Assembly (NCBI RefSeq): GCF_038025025.1
Contig: NW_027117343.1
Coordinates: 496,001-560,000, forward strand
DNA length: 64,000 nt
Origin: Phyllosticta citribraziliensis
Lineage: Eukaryota
Direction: 5' to 3'
Under the pieces are notes generated by a model. The model searched no databases and was not told where the DNA came from. It saw nothing but the letters and a program-made list of their open reading frames with translations. How positions within the stretch are numbered: the stretch's first letter is position 1; each line of letters starts with the position of its first letter. The position numbers and the translations under genes are program-made. Of the stretch, positions 1-13,614 are shown one piece after another.

Positions 1-394
1 TTGTGGTTGCTGCGTGGGCAAGGTGACGTCCGTGCCACTCTCGACACAGCGAGGAAGAGAAAGAGAGGGAGGGAGAGGCAGAAAAGCACTCCCACTTCAA
101 CCCACCACTCGTCTGCCCATCATTCGCTCCAAATTCACGAGTGCAAGGACACAAGCGCTCTGGGTTTATGGCGTCTAGCTTTCTGCGTTTCCAGACGGGA
201 AACTAGATAGGGAAAGGAGAAACCACCCTACCAACCCACGTACTAAGCAGACTACTTGACCGTCTCGTCCATCAGCCCCATCCGACCTCCTCCCTGCGAA
301 GCTGACCCATCACGACCTCATTCATGCTCCACCCGTCCATGCCTCCATCCATCCATCTCCGCATCCCTCCGCATGTCTCAGCAAGCAAGCAAGC

Positions 395-3300
395 TCAGTC
401 CAAAAGACTCTGCTCACTCTGACTACGGCCATCCTTCCTCCTGCTGGCGCTGCCGCTGCCGCTGCCGCCACGCCCCGGAACGTACGTCTCAGTGTACTTG
501 ACGCGGCCAGAAGCCGAAGGGCGGCTGTGGTAGACGCGGTCGCGAGTGGACGCCTCCGAAGGCAGAGGCGGCGACGGCGGTCCACTGAGCGGGGCCTCGT
601 GGCCAATGCCCTCGTCTCCGAGGACCATGCGATCGAGATTGCGCTCCAACTCTTCTCTGAGGCGTTCGTCTTCCTCGGCTTCTCTGCTCTCGCGAGCGCT
701 CTTGCGCGCCGCCGCCTGCTCCGCGTCGTGCTGGCGGACGTTGGCCGGGTACGCTTGCCAGGCCGCCACGGTGTTGACCTCGCTTTTCGGAGGAGCACTG
801 TTGACGGCAGCGATTCGGGATGCTGGGGCCGAACCCAGGGTCTGCGATTGATTTGGCATGATGCCGGGCTTCGGGTCGTTCGGTCTGCCCAAGTGCGTGC
901 CGGGCTTGAGGATGGCTCCGGCAGAGTTGCCGCCGGTTTTGATGCACTGCCTGCACTGGCAAGCGTCGCTACAGGGCTCCTGGCAGGTGTGGCCGCAAAT
1001 CAGATCGCGCAAGCAAGGGCGGGTACAGATGACGACTTCGTGTGGAAACCTGTACCTGTTAGCGTCATGAGGAGGTACTTTGGGTGATATGACTTACGGA
1101 TGGCAGCGCAGATGGCAGTTGTGACCACAAGGCAGCTTTCCCTGGCATTTCATCTCGCAGCCGCCATTCAAGTACTCAAAATCTTCGGGTCCTGCGAGGA
1201 AGGTCTTTCTGCCATGAGTCTTGCACATGACAGGCAAGTAGTAGCCCAGGCGCATCTGAGGATCAGTCTTCAATTTTGCGCCTGCTTTTCCCGCCATGAT
1301 CGTAATGACCTGCGCCCAAATCTTGCTTTCAGAAGCAAGAAGTTCGCCGTTGCCAAAGAGGTAGAAGCCTCTTCGGGCACGAGACAGTGCCACGCAGACC
1401 CGATTCTTGATGTCCAGAAAGCCCACGGTGCCCTTGTCATTGCTGCGCGCGAGCGACAAGATGACGACGTCATTTTCTTCGCCCTGGTAAGAATCAACGG
1501 TGACCACCTTGAAGTAGCGACCAATTCCTCGAAAGTTCGGACTAGAACGCAGTTTTTGAAGCAGCAGCTTGCGCTGGCCATTGTAGAAGGTCAGGACGGT
1601 GATATTGTCGGGTTCGATGCCGTTCATGTACAAGTACTCGTAAAACTTGACTACCATGCTGGCCTCCATGTCATTGCAAGTGGACATGGAGGAGTCCCTG
1701 CTTTCTTCCCACTCGTGGGTGAAGAAGAACGAGTTGACTCCTCCCATTCCAGGGACGGGCGGGCGATATTCCAGATCCTTGACAACGGGGTGATCGGCGA
1801 TGAGGTCGCCGTATATGGGCTGGAGCAGGCGGCGAACCTCTGGGATCATGCGCCGCTGTCTCCGAAGCGTATCGTACTCCACGCCGTTCTTGACGAGACG
1901 CTCAAAGAGAGACATGTTCAGGTTGAATGGTTCTTCTTCATATTCCCGGACCTGGCAGTGTGGCCTTAGCTGCTGATGGTCGCCGACCAGAATGAGATGC
2001 TCCAGAGATGGGACACATGTCACAGCAACAGGAGCCTCCAAAGTTTCTGCTGCTTCTTCGATGAGAACAACCTTTGGCTTGAGGGCTGACACAAGAGCGC
2101 GATATTTGCTGAATCCAGTCGTGGTCATTCCAATAATCTTCTGTTTCCTCAGGAGAACAAGATCCTCTTCCCAGCGTCCAGCTGTGCGGCGAACAGCTGC
2201 GTCGTAGTACTCTCTTGCGATTTCACGGAATTCGGACGAAATGATGCTCTTGGCTTTGCGTTTGAGATAGTTGTAGACCAAGCCGCGCAATTTCGACTTG
2301 ATTTTGTACAGGTTGGTTTCGCGATCGAGCATTGCCTGAATCTCTGCATCTTCCATGAAGCCGGTTTCTTTGCCCTTCTTTCTGTCGGCGAGATTGACTG
2401 TATTGCCGGGCATCTTTTCAAAGTCCTCGTCTTGGATTCCGGTCTCAGCTTCGATTTCCTTGAGCTGTTCCAATTCAAGATCCACCTCTTCATATTCAAA
2501 GCCAAAATCGTCCGGTTCACTGTCGCCAATAATATGCTCAACTTGTTTGCCGAGCCATTGCTCAATTGGATCTGAATCATTGCTTTGAGTACCTGTTGAG
2601 CCGTGGGTGACCCAGGTGTTGGGAGGATTTTCGAGAGAGTTGACGTGCCATTCATTGAGTAGACCCATTCGATGCAAAACCTTGTGGTTCATCAACTCTA
2701 CATCTTGCTCCAAAGGTGAGAGCAGAACCTTCATTTCTTTCTCAAGATTTCTTTGCTTGACAATCGCGGGCATCTTCATGCCACCATGAATAGTGGCGAC
2801 ATTCTCAGCCTGTCTGAGCTCGAACAAGGTCCTCTTTTTGATGACGTCGACATCTTTGGACCGGCCACCCAAGCGCGCAAACTCGGGCTCAAATTGGGCA
2901 ACATGACGCAGTAGTTGATCCAGTGCATGGTTGGTGTGACATGCTACGATGATGGGTGGTCCGTCATTTGCCAAGTTCTGAAGTAGAACTTTCAAGGCAA
3001 CAACAGACACATGAGTCTTTCCAGTTCCTGGTGGGCCTTGTACAACCGCCAAGCGCTTCGTCAGCATCCTGTTTAGAGATTGCAGCTGCGTCTTGTCGAG
3101 TTCTGTTGGAAGATCTGCCTGCCAGTCATTGAGAATGTCGATTCTCTCTGGACATTCAGCGTCAAAGGCGGCCCTCAGGTCCGTAAATGGATTTTCAATG
3201 ACGTAAGACGGAGCCGAAACGGCCTGGTCGACATACACGAGGTGATTCATCATCGGAAATGGCTCCCTCATGAGCTTCTGGAGAGCACGAAGGGTGTGTC

Positions 3301-4213
3301 GGCTTGCCTCAAGAAAACTGGATCTTTCCTCAACCATCCAAAACGACATGCCAGGATCGATCTCGATGTCCTCTGGACGAGCAAAGAACAATTCCACTTG
3401 AGGAGGGCTGAGTTCAAGTCCTTCTTGAGGTCTGGCTGCAATCGTTGCCATTTTGCAAATTGATTGAAACTTGTCGTCCTCGGTGGTGAGAGCTACGAGA
3501 CTGCCAGCGAGAAGCCGTTTCGACTGTGCCCAATGGACTCGCTTGCCAGAGCGTGAGAGTGAAAATTGGACTTTGACGGCAAGTCCTCTGCCGGCAAACT
3601 TGACCGCGACGATGCGAACCTTTTCGTAGAGTCCGACTGAAGTACCGTACACATCCTCTTTGTGCCACGGATCACATCGAATGCGGCCGACGGCTTGTCG
3701 AAGGGGCAAAATCGAATCCTCGCGAAGGAGCTCGAAATGGGATTCGAGATACCCTTCCTTAGAATCCCAAGGACCGTCGACCTTGTTTTGGTACACGGCG
3801 ACCTCATCCTCATCGCCCTGACTCTCATCCAGGATCTCGCTCGAGCTTGGAATCTCTGGCTTCGAAAGCCACGATGATGTGTTGACGGGAAGACGGGACT
3901 CAGAAATGTACTGCTGGATATCTCGCGAAAGCTCGCTGCGGCGAGGAGGAGGCGGGCCGAACTGTGGCTTAAACTCTGGGCGCCGGTTTGAGAATTTTTC
4001 TGCGATGCCTGGGTTCACTTCTTCGTCCCAGCTCGGATTAAGACTGGGGGGATCCTCGACAGTTGGGTGGCTGCTCTGACCGGCAGGCGGGATCCTTCGT
4101 CGTGGAGGTGCCGTCGACCAGCCTTCTTCGAGTGAACCGGGCGTAGACTCGGACGGTCCATCCGAAAAGTACTTCTTGATGGCCTTTTTTGGCCTGCCGG
4201 AGGTCGTCGACAT
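395..4213 (-). CDS. hrr1: Upf1-like SF1 RNA helicase with C-terminal NF-X1-type Cys/His fingers (Hrr1/ZNFX1 family); 2 exons, intron 1050-1097
   Basis: 1039-aa ORF with motifs VQGPPGTGKT, CHTNHALDQ, IEEAAE, LVGDHQQLRP, SLFERL, TVDSYQGEE and RVCVALSRAR. A GTAAGT...GCTAAC...CAG intron joins it in frame (CHP|FPHEVVICTRPC) to the Cys-rich ORF 395-1012. Confidence 0.88.
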
Positions 4214-5960
4214 GGTGGCTTTCGCAGAACCCCAAGCCGTGTGGAGATGGCTCAGGACTCAGCACCACGAAACGAATTGGAGACGCGTTGCAAAATGCAG
4301 AGAGAAAGGTGGGTATCGTGGACGGCGCGCGAATAAGGGAAGCGAGCGAAGGGAATCTTGAGGTGCAGTCGCTGTCGCAGAGCAATGGAGTAACGATTGC
4401 GATGCTCGGCTGGCAAAGAATGTTATGATGGTGGAGAGAAGACGGCGGCGGTGGAAGAAACGGCGAGCTTTGGCGGTGGGTCGGCGCACAAGTCGACCAA
4501 GTTGGGAAGGGAGCAACACTTTTGGCAGGCTCAGGCTCAGGCCTCAGGCTCGGTTCGGCGTCGACGTCCAGCAACAGATCGTCATGGAGACAACAGATGG
4601 ACAAGCGTTCCCAAACTGTGAGCTGGCGAGACTTTGATGGCAAGTAATCCTTTGTTTGCGTTTGTTGTCCGCGGCAGACAGCAGGGTTGACGGTACTACA
4701 AGCTGTATCTGCCAGGCAAAATGGAGATGAGCCCGCTACATCACTTACAGGACAGTCATCCTGCCTTTTTGCATGGATGCTTCTCTTTGCAAATGCATCG
4801 ATACCTCTACACATCGACCGAAGCCCTGCTTCGATTCTTCCGTTTTTGGTGGCGCAAACGCGGGTGTGTACATAGCCCACTGCGCGACATTACGACGATG
4901 GGCAAACACATGTCGCCCAGGGTGAGACTTACCTATCCTGATTCCGGCGTGACTCTCTGGCGAAGACCGATAGATGGTATGGGCTAGGGGAAAAGGTTTT
5001 ACAATTTAGCGGAAGAGAGAAGTATTCGGGGCGTCTTCTTCAAGCCCACACCCCCTTGGATCATGGTATCTGTTCCCACGAGAAGCAATGCAGCCTGTGC
5101 CTCCAATGCCTCGATTGTAAAAGTGTACTTCAACCTTCTCCGGTCCAACTCCACCCACGCTACAAGGTGTGGCGGCTGATGGGATTGAAACATTCCAGCT
5201 CCTACATTTCAAGCTGGCCTGCGGAGATGGTTGTTGCACCTGCAAGACAATTCTTTGCAACGTCATGCTACACAAACTCGAAGATCTACCCAATGCGTCA
5301 CTCGGTTGAAGTCGACGGAGCCAGGCAGGAGGCGTTTTTTGGTTGGGTCAGGCTGACACGGCCGTGGGATGCGACGTGTTTTTGCGCGACATGGGCGTCA
5401 CCTCGCGCGTGAAGACAGCTATATCGGACCTGTCATGCATCAGCGCTCTTGTATCCAACTCGTCAGGTCCTACGCACCTGTCACTGAGCGCGTCAAGTTT
5501 CCGAATCCTATGCTTGATCAGAAAACCTTTTGGGGCAGCTTCGCCGATGACCTGCTTGAATCTCGCATCGTGCGGAGCTCAACTCGACGGAGCTGTTGAC
5601 TGTGATGGTGCACAATGAGCAGTCCTGGGTACAGTCGAGCCGGTCCGGGTGATGAGAGAGTGTTTTCCGCAGCCGTGACGTGAAGTTGGTGATGAGGCAC
5701 AGGGTTCTACCGGCGGGGAAGCTTGGCCGCTGCCCCGCTCACCGCCCGAGGCGACGCCAAGCGCGTGCCTGGCTGCTGGGACGGTCCTCTTCCACATCTT
5801 CTCTCGAGCTTCTTTTTCCCTTCTGTGCTGTCTGCATACATTCTTTCTCCCCGGATCACTTAGATATCTCAAGGCGTCACAATTTCACGCGCGAAATCGC
5901 CGGAACGCTCACCAGATCGCCTGTTCCAGTGCTCAGCCGCTTCGGGAAAGCACGCCCAAG

Positions 5961-8158
5961 ATGGTGAGCTTTGAGGACGACGACGAGAATGGTATGATGT
6001 TGCAATCTACAGATACTTTCGCGTACTGATCGCTGACATGCCAGCAGAGTCGAGCTCCGAGAACGACGTTGACGAGACCATGGAGGACATGGACGATGGA
6101 GACGGCGACGGCGACGCTGAAGGCGACGCAGACGCCGATGCCGACGGTGATGGGGAAGATGGAGATATGGACGCTGAAGGAGAGAATGACGACGAGGAAG
6201 GCGACGACGATGACGACGATCAAGACGACACACCAGACTCACCCTCGCGGGCTCAGCGCGAAAGGCGGCAGTTGGCAACGAATGGATCAGCTTCTGCGCA
6301 AGACGCTCCGAGATCACAGCCAACAATCCGCCTAGCTTCAGCCTCCCCACATCGTTCAACCACTCCATCGAATTCGACCCTGCCCTGGCGGCCCTCGGTA
6401 CGCCCCGAAGCGCTCTCCGCATCGACCTACGACATTGTCCCAACCATTGCCGCCCCTCACAGTACTTCCATCAACACCATAACCGCAACCCCGGACATGC
6501 GATGGGTCTTCAGTGGCGGAGCCGATGGCTACATTCGTAAATTCAACTGGGTAGATACTGCCAACGGAAAGCTTATGCTGACCGTCGCGCAACGGCATCC
6601 GTTTGTCGACAGCGTTACCAAGGCGGGAGTACTGCTCAGCTATTGGGAAAACGAGGAGACATCAGGTAAATTTGAAAAATCAGCATATCGATTCCACAAC
6701 TAATGTCCCCAAGACCGGAACTCAGCTGTAACGAATGACGACTCCATGATTCTTTCTCCCGTTTATTCTCTTGCTGTCCACCACCAAGCGCTATGGCTCT
6801 TGTCCGGCACTGAGTCTGGCGCCATAAACCTCCAAACCGTGCGCCACCAGGAAGGATACCGAATTACAACGTTGCGTAAGCACACCTCGGCCGTGTCCGT
6901 CCTAAGCTTGTCTCGAGACGAGCAATCTGTTCTGTCGGGAAGTTGGGATAAAACCATCAATGACTGGGATTTAAATACTGGTCAGGTCAAAAGGCGGTTT
7001 GAGACCAGTGGCGGACAAATATCAGCCATCGAGCCGCGCCCGCTTTCATCTTTGCCAGTGCCCGAAGAGTCTGGCCTGCCGTTGATGACGAATGGCACTT
7101 TCAGTTCCAATAACGAGTCGAAGCCCTCGACGAACGGTGTCTTGCCAAATGGTGTGCCGCCGTCTGGGAATCAGGATGCCGAAGCAGACAATGACTCCCT
7201 TTTTGGAGACAATGACAACGACTCCTTGTTTGGCGGCAACGGGGATACAGCGGGTGGGAATCCCTCGGCCGCTGGATTTGGTGACGACGAAGATGATGAA
7301 TTTTCGCGAGCCATTGCCAATGAAATACGTCAAGCAGCAGAGCAAGATGCAGAAGGCGATGTGGACATGACCGATGCTGGTGGCCCTGTCCAGGCCACAG
7401 AGGCAGCACTCGATGGCGATGCTTCCCAGTTAGGAGCCAGCACTCTGAACAATGCCACTAGCAAGGCAGAAGAGGGCGTTGATGCTGATTCGGCTCCCCC
7501 ACCCAATGGTATACCTCATTCAGAAGATATTTCGGGAGGTGCCGAGACCTCTACAAATCCCCAGGCCCGCGATGACGGGCCACCATCTTCCGACACCACC
7601 TTTATGGATGCGTCCATAGACGGCACGCTGCGCGTTTGGGACCGAAGACAGCCGAACCCAATAGCCCGCATAACACCACCTCGCGGAATCCCTCCCTGGT
7701 GCATGAATGCATGTTGGTCGCCCGACGGAAATTTCATCTACGCCGGGCGCCGCAATGGTTCCGTCGATGAGTACAGTCTGCACAAAGGACTCCGTGAGCC
7801 CTCGCGATCCTTTAGATTTCCTTCCGTCTCCGGTGCCGTCAGTACCGTCCGGGCAATGCCCAACGGCAAGCACTTGATTTGGTGAGTTACACACTTGGTC
7901 TGAAACTCCCAACCCGTCGGACTAACATTTAGAAGTGCCTCGTACGATATACTGCGTCTGTACGAGCTCAACGATCAAGAGGGCCCCAAGCACTCCGCCG
8001 TTCCGTACCTGATTGTGCCCGGCCACCGGACTGGCGTCATCTCCCAGCTATACCTCGACCCCACATGCACATTTATGATTTCGACCGGCGGTAATCGCGG
8101 ATGGGAGGGTAATTCGACAGAGGTCCTTTTGGGCTACGAGATTGGCATTCCGAAGTAG
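5961..8158 (+). CDS. SPT8: SAGA complex WD40 subunit Spt8; about 4 exons
   Basis: Acidic N-terminus, then YDIVPTIAAPHSTSIN, GGADGYIRKF, LTVAQRHPFVDSV, SPVYSLAVH, SGSWDK, PPWCMNACWSPDGNFIYAGRRN, and a last exon PGHRTGVISQLYLDP...GNRGWEG. Introns at about 5992, 6666 and 7882. Confidence 0.92.
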
Positions 8159-9272
8159 AACCCCGGTGCCATTACTCCCTCTGTCTACTCCCCGCGTAAA
8201 CATGACAGGATTGGCAGTATTTGGCGACGGCTTGGGCAACAGGCAAAGCGGCGTACTCGTTAACAAAATCGGGATGCACACACACAACAACAACACACTT
8301 GGCGAGCATGGCTTGGTGGACGGTTACGGAATGGCGCGGCGGGCGGAAACTTTTTGGACCTGTTCTCCGAACTGTGTTCTGCTTTTATTCTGCATTCGGG
8401 TATACCCACGGTTTCTCATGATCTCTCTCAGTTTTTCTTCGGCCCTGCTTTGACGGGCTTGTTTGGGTTTTTTGGGGATGCGCCTACTCTTGCTCTCGCG
8501 GCTGACGCTGTTGAAGCGCGGCGCGTACGTATCTGACGAAACTTGTCACAACTCGCTTCCGGAACTGATCTTTCGAATGCTTGATGTGCCGGCGTCGGAT
8601 ACGCTTGTCTGGCAAAACCAGTGCCGCCGCACGTCCAAACTGTAGCTGACGCAAACAGACAGTTATGGGTGACGCTGAGGAAACCGGCATTTTCAAGTTG
8701 TTTGCTGGTTCTTGCGTTTGCCGACGCAAAAGAACAAAGCAAGCATCCGGGTGAATCGGTACTGGAAGATTGATGCTGGACAACCGTTTGTGGTGAGTGT
8801 TTGGTCGGTGCGACTCCTGGGTGGATGCTTGGCTGGCTGTCTGGCTGGATTACCGACTGTATCCTTCTGTCCATCTGTTTGGAGCGGCACTTGACGCATG
8901 AAATCAGGAACGTCTTGTCTGCCACTGACTGTTGGGTTGCTTTCGAGCCATCGCGGCGCCGGACCTTGAAGAGCTTGGATATTTTTTTTTTTTCAGGGTT
9001 TGGTTTGTGGGTGTCGCCAGGGGCGGTTCTCGAATTCCAGCAGCTGCGACAGAGCCGCGGCAAGGTCACGGCAGGAGTTGAAGAATACTGCTCTTGGAAG
9101 GCGCACTGTGACGGCTCTGTCCCCTTTACCTAGGTAGGTATATTCTGCTGGAGTCTCGAAGAGACTGCGCAACAACATCATCATCGCATCGGCATCAAAT
9201 CGTTTTAGAACGCCGCACCCTGTCTCTTACACATTTCAATCCACAATCCGGCATCTTTCACCCCTTTCTGTC

Positions 9273-10365
9273 ATGGCACCTCTTTTGAATGCGGCAGATC
9301 TGGAGCCCTCGCTTGACGAATTGATTGCCAATGCATACAGACAGGATCTCCAAGCCTTCAACAACACCGTCAAGGGCCTTACTTTGCCACATGAGTGGCC
9401 AGGACCATTCCCACCATTCAAAGACCATGAATCGGCGCGAGGCTTCATGGAAAACGTCACGTTTGTCCGATGCGGCAAGGACTACTTTAAAGGCATTCAC
9501 AGGACGGTGGCAGTGAAGCACTCTGAGAGATTCGCTGAATTGCTTGCGCAACCCGGGGCGAATGGCGTTAGTGATTGTTGAATCCCGCATGGAATACGCG
9601 ACTGACAGCGATCTTAGCCTGAGATGAAGATGTGGCCTGGACTCCACGTGCAAGGATTAGAAGCCGAAGATATCAGCCATGTTGTGGCATTCTGGGAAAC
9701 TGGACAACTTCTTCTGCCCTACCCGATGCCGTCGGATAAGACCGACGTTCTGGAGCTGTATGCGAGGCTCTATTTTGCATCGAACACGTTGGGAAGTCCA
9801 CGGCTCTCGGAGCTGTTGGGAGCCATACTTTGGGACCTCATTGAGCGCGATCCGCCCCTCGACGTGGATGACATTCTGTTCCTCTTTTCTCATCTCTCGT
9901 CGGAAGGCGACCCCAATTATATGGCCTCAACATTCATCCAGTCTCTGATACGGCGTTATCCGGTGGCCGCTCCCCATGACGCGCTGCTTCAGGCTGCCAG
10001 TGAAAGCCACGGTTTTGCGAGTAAGCATCATCCCACAGCGCAGGGGACCTGGGACTTGATGCTGACAATTAACAGTAGAGCTATTGGAAGAAATGTTCCT
10101 TAAGCGCTGCAACGTTAGCGACGGCACAGAGGTTTCGCAGCGGCGATTTATCCAAACGGAATGTCGAAGTTGCAACTATGTGATGTCCGTCGAGGCAACG
10201 CCACGCTTTCGTCCAGGCCGTCTTTCGATAATGCCTCCCTTGGAAGAGCTCTACAGACGCATCGCTTGCGAAACGTGCGGATCGCTGTTGGTTCAGCACA
10301 TGGACGGTCTTTTCATTGACCCGACTGGTGTGGATTGCTGTTCTTGTCTTGAGATCTCGCGCTGA
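9273..10365 (+). CDS. BTB/POZ-domain protein 1 with C-terminal CxxC...CxxC putative Zn ribbon; introns 9567-9617 and 10021-10075
   Basis: VRCGKDYFKGIHRTVAVKHSERFAELL resembles a BTB N-terminus. Canonical splice sites join three ORFs in frame. Exon 3 carries CRSC...CETC. Confidence 0.7.
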
Positions 10366-10885
10366 CCCGCCGCTCAGGCCCCAGCACATCCAGTGTGTCA
10401 CCATGTTCTGCCCGTCCTCGGAGACACTCGTGCTCGACATAATCTTTGCTTTTCTTTCTCGCCATGCTCTTTTCAGCGGATGGGGCGGTACGGCTTAGGA
10501 GTTTGGGGCGCGGAGGATGAAGGTCGTGGCAGCGTCAAGCATAGGAACATTCGTATTTTGAGTAAAACAGTATTTTGAGTCCGAGAGTTGAAAGGTGGGT
10601 GGTGCTTGTTGCATGCGGGAATCGCACGTGGGCTCCTGCCAGGCACTCTGCTCGTTCTTTCCTCGTCTGTCCCGCTCAACCCCAACGTTAACCCAGCGGT
10701 CGACTCGACTCAACTTTGACAGCCACCTATTCTGTCTCACGCCCTCTGAATCTCCGCACTCTCTCGTCAACTCCTCGCAAAAACCTTCACAGGCAATCCA
10801 TTTTCGACCTCACCTTGCCTGCACGTCCCTTTTGTCTCCCGCTATTCGCTGTGGGGTTGCTGCCAGGCGCGGCCTGTGTGGCAAC

Positions 10886-11917
10886 ATGTCCCAAGGATTT
10901 TGCTTCACACCTTTCTGGAGGTCAGGAAAGTTTTCAGATGTTGAAGTACGGCTGCGGGAGAAGATTTTCAAGTCCTACAAGATTGTCCTCCGCACCCAGT
11001 CACGCATGTTTGGCTTCATGATTTCCATGGTAGGCAGGTCTTTGTTGCCCAAGAACCACGCGTCTTGTGCTGAAGAAATGGATGCAGAACCCAACCACCG
11101 AGAAGATCAACCTGAAGCTAGCAGATGCAGAGATCTTCCCGGACAGCGAGATCTTCGAAGTCTTTCTCGAAGCGATCCATACTGGAGGTTTCAACCACGA
11201 CAGGAACTATCCGCCCATCGGAAACATCGCCTTCGCCCTAAAGGCCTACAAAGCAGGGCAAAGGTCTGGAACGCGTTTGCTGACATCGGCTGCTGCGTCC
11301 AACTTTCGATTGCTTCTCAGTGCCTCGCAGCCAAGTGATTTTCGTGGACATCATGAAGGCGACGACTTCGAGAGGCTGGTCAGAATGATGTACGCCAAGT
11401 CAAGCAGCAAGTCTGTCAACATCACAAAAGATCATGACGAAGACGAACTGAGGGGTTTCTTCATGACACGATTTGCTCCGGGCATTGGAGCATACTTGCG
11501 CCGGGAACAAATCGAGACTCTCGTCAGATGCGTGCCAGAATTCGCAGGTACCGTAAATGGTCCTCAAATCCGAATCAAATCAGAAACTGACACCTGCTAG
11601 CTGACTATGCTCTCGCTTGCCGTACGGTATTTTGGATAGAGCCAGAGCGCGCCTCTCCGTCAGCCCTGGCATCCATACTTAGAGACCCTCTTCATCCTGC
11701 GGGTCCAGAGCCTTCCGTAGATTGGTTGAACAAAAACAGCGAGGGAAGCGAAGGATCCGAGACAAGTGAGGAAGGCGAAGTCGGCGGCGAGCATCAGTCG
11801 GAGCAGAGTGACTTGATTTGTCGTTGCCGTCAACGCTATCGGATTCGCTGGCCGTCGATTGAGGATTATTTTCTCCCTCAACAGTCAGAGGAACCCAACA
11901 TGCTACGTTGGTGGTGA
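10886..11917 (+). CDS. BTB/POZ-domain protein 2; introns 11030-11087 and 11548-11600
   Basis: SGKFSDVEVRLREKIFKSYKIVLRTQSRMF|NPTTEKINL...FEVFLEAIHTG...VPEFA|ADYAL; splices stay in frame. Confidence 0.8.
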
Positions 11918-12199
11918 TACATTTTTGAGAATTGTGGGGACCTGTTCATTCATATCTGCTTTTGTTGGAGGATGGTTCGAAACTCTTTTACATTTGCTGG
12001 ACGTGGCTCTTGTCCGTATCTTTGAGGGAAAACTTTCGACATTGTACGAGTGGATCATCCGTGGGAGGAGCACTTTCTAAAGAGTTGTAGTAGAGTCAGG
12101 TAGTAGCTAAGTTCACTTGCTTCGATCACTTCTCATCGAACAGATTCTGCCCGCAAGCGGTATTCGCGGACCTTCTCAAACCCTCTGCCTTCGAGACGT

Positions 12200-12720
12200 C
12201 CACAACCTTCAACCCTCGGGGCCTCTCGCCATCCACCTCCCTCCAGACCCGTCTTCCGACCTTCGACTTGTCTCAGACTCTCTCACCAACCACATCGCTG
12301 CAGAACCGCCTTCCGGCCTCCAACCTTCAGCACCTCTCATCATCCACCCCGCTCCAGATCATCCTTCGACCTTCTACCACTGTCGGACCCTCTCGCCAAC
12401 CGCCTCCCTCCAGACCCTCCTCGCGATCACCTGCAATCCTCTGGCCCTCTCACCAACCACTTCGTCCCAAGCTCGCTTGTCTTCCGGCGGTTCACAATCT
12501 TCGGGCCCTCTGACAAACCACCTCATTGCAGACCCGTCACGAACTTCTGCCGTCCTCGGGCCCTCTCGCCGTCAAGCTCGGCCAGATCCTCCCTTGACCC
12601 TCTGCTACCCTCGAGCTTTTCCATCATCCACCTCATTCCATACTCGTCTCACGGCACTCTACGAACCTCGGGCTGTCTCACCTTTAAGCTCGCCCCAGAT
12701 CATCCTCCGACCCTCTGCAG
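12200..12720 (+). repeat. Degenerate pyrimidine-rich tandem repeat, unit about 55 bp, roughly 9-10 copies
   Basis: Recurring CCTCGGGCCCTCTC.CCA.CCAC...CCAGA(T/C)C motifs at regular spacing. Confidence 0.6.
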
Positions 12721-12798
12721 GCCTTGCAACTCCGCAACATCTTCCACAAGCTTCACCTATGACTTTAACGGATACTAGTTTGGCTACGATTCCTCGCC

Positions 12799-13614
12799 AT
12801 GGCATGCCAACTTCACTTTGAGGACCTTTACTGGTCCGGAGATTTCACGGACATAGAAATCTGTTTCAAGAAGGATTGCTTCAAAGGACATAAAGCGATT
12901 CTTTGCGAGCGCTCACGGGTTTTCCGCGATATCCTGCTTGAGGTGAGCTGTGCTTCCATCCACATTGGTGGGCCAGTAAAGAATCATACGCTGTCTCAAA
13001 AACATGAACGCTGTGGCTGAGATATTTTCCAGAACAAGGCTCTCACCAAGATCGAACTCGACAACAGCCCCAAGTCCAGCGTATTCGACAATTGCCTGTC
13101 CACATTCAGAGGCTTGGTATATGCAATCTACGCGGGAGAAATCGAGGAGAATTCCGAGTGCTCGACCAGTGAAGATCTGGTATCCGCTGTTGAGAGTCAC
13201 GACCTTGGCATCAAAACTGGCACGCCCATACTGCAAGAGGCAGCCGTCGTACGATTCAGAGGATCTTTTGTCGCCTGGTTCACCGAATGGAGTCAATATG
13301 AGGAGAGAACAAACCACAAAGAGAATGCTCGTGACATATTGGATATTTTGAACAACGCCATCCCGGTAATCTTCAACCGGGAACGCGTAAACAAATTTCC
13401 CCTGAACGATACCAACCTCCGCAAGATGCTCATAGACGACTACTTTCCTCTCATCTCACATTACGTCAATCATGACGAGCTGAAGGAGGCCCTTCAGGAA
13501 ACTCCTGACTTTGCAGGTAAGACTAACCATGATCCAGAACGATTCATGATCTTTGATTGACTGTGTACAGTTGAATACGCTCTCTATCTTGAGAAGCGCT
13601 ACGAAAGCGAGTAA
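12799..13614 (+). CDS. BTB/POZ-domain protein 3; introns 12943-13032 and 13517-13570
   Basis: SGDFTDIEICFKKDCFKGHKAILCERSRVFRDILLE|NKALTKIEL...LVYAIYAG...TPDFA|VEYALYLEKRYESE*. Confidence 0.85.

Noticed and set aside
1100..1969. 289-aa + strand ORF and other long antisense ORFs (e.g. 527-1087, 22867-23592, 40358-41182)
   Set aside because: Antisense shadows of GC3-rich real genes, with no independent motifs.
4038..5872. Several ORFs between the helicase and SPT8
   Set aside because: No domain, codon bias or consistent splice model; treated as divergent promoter/UTR.
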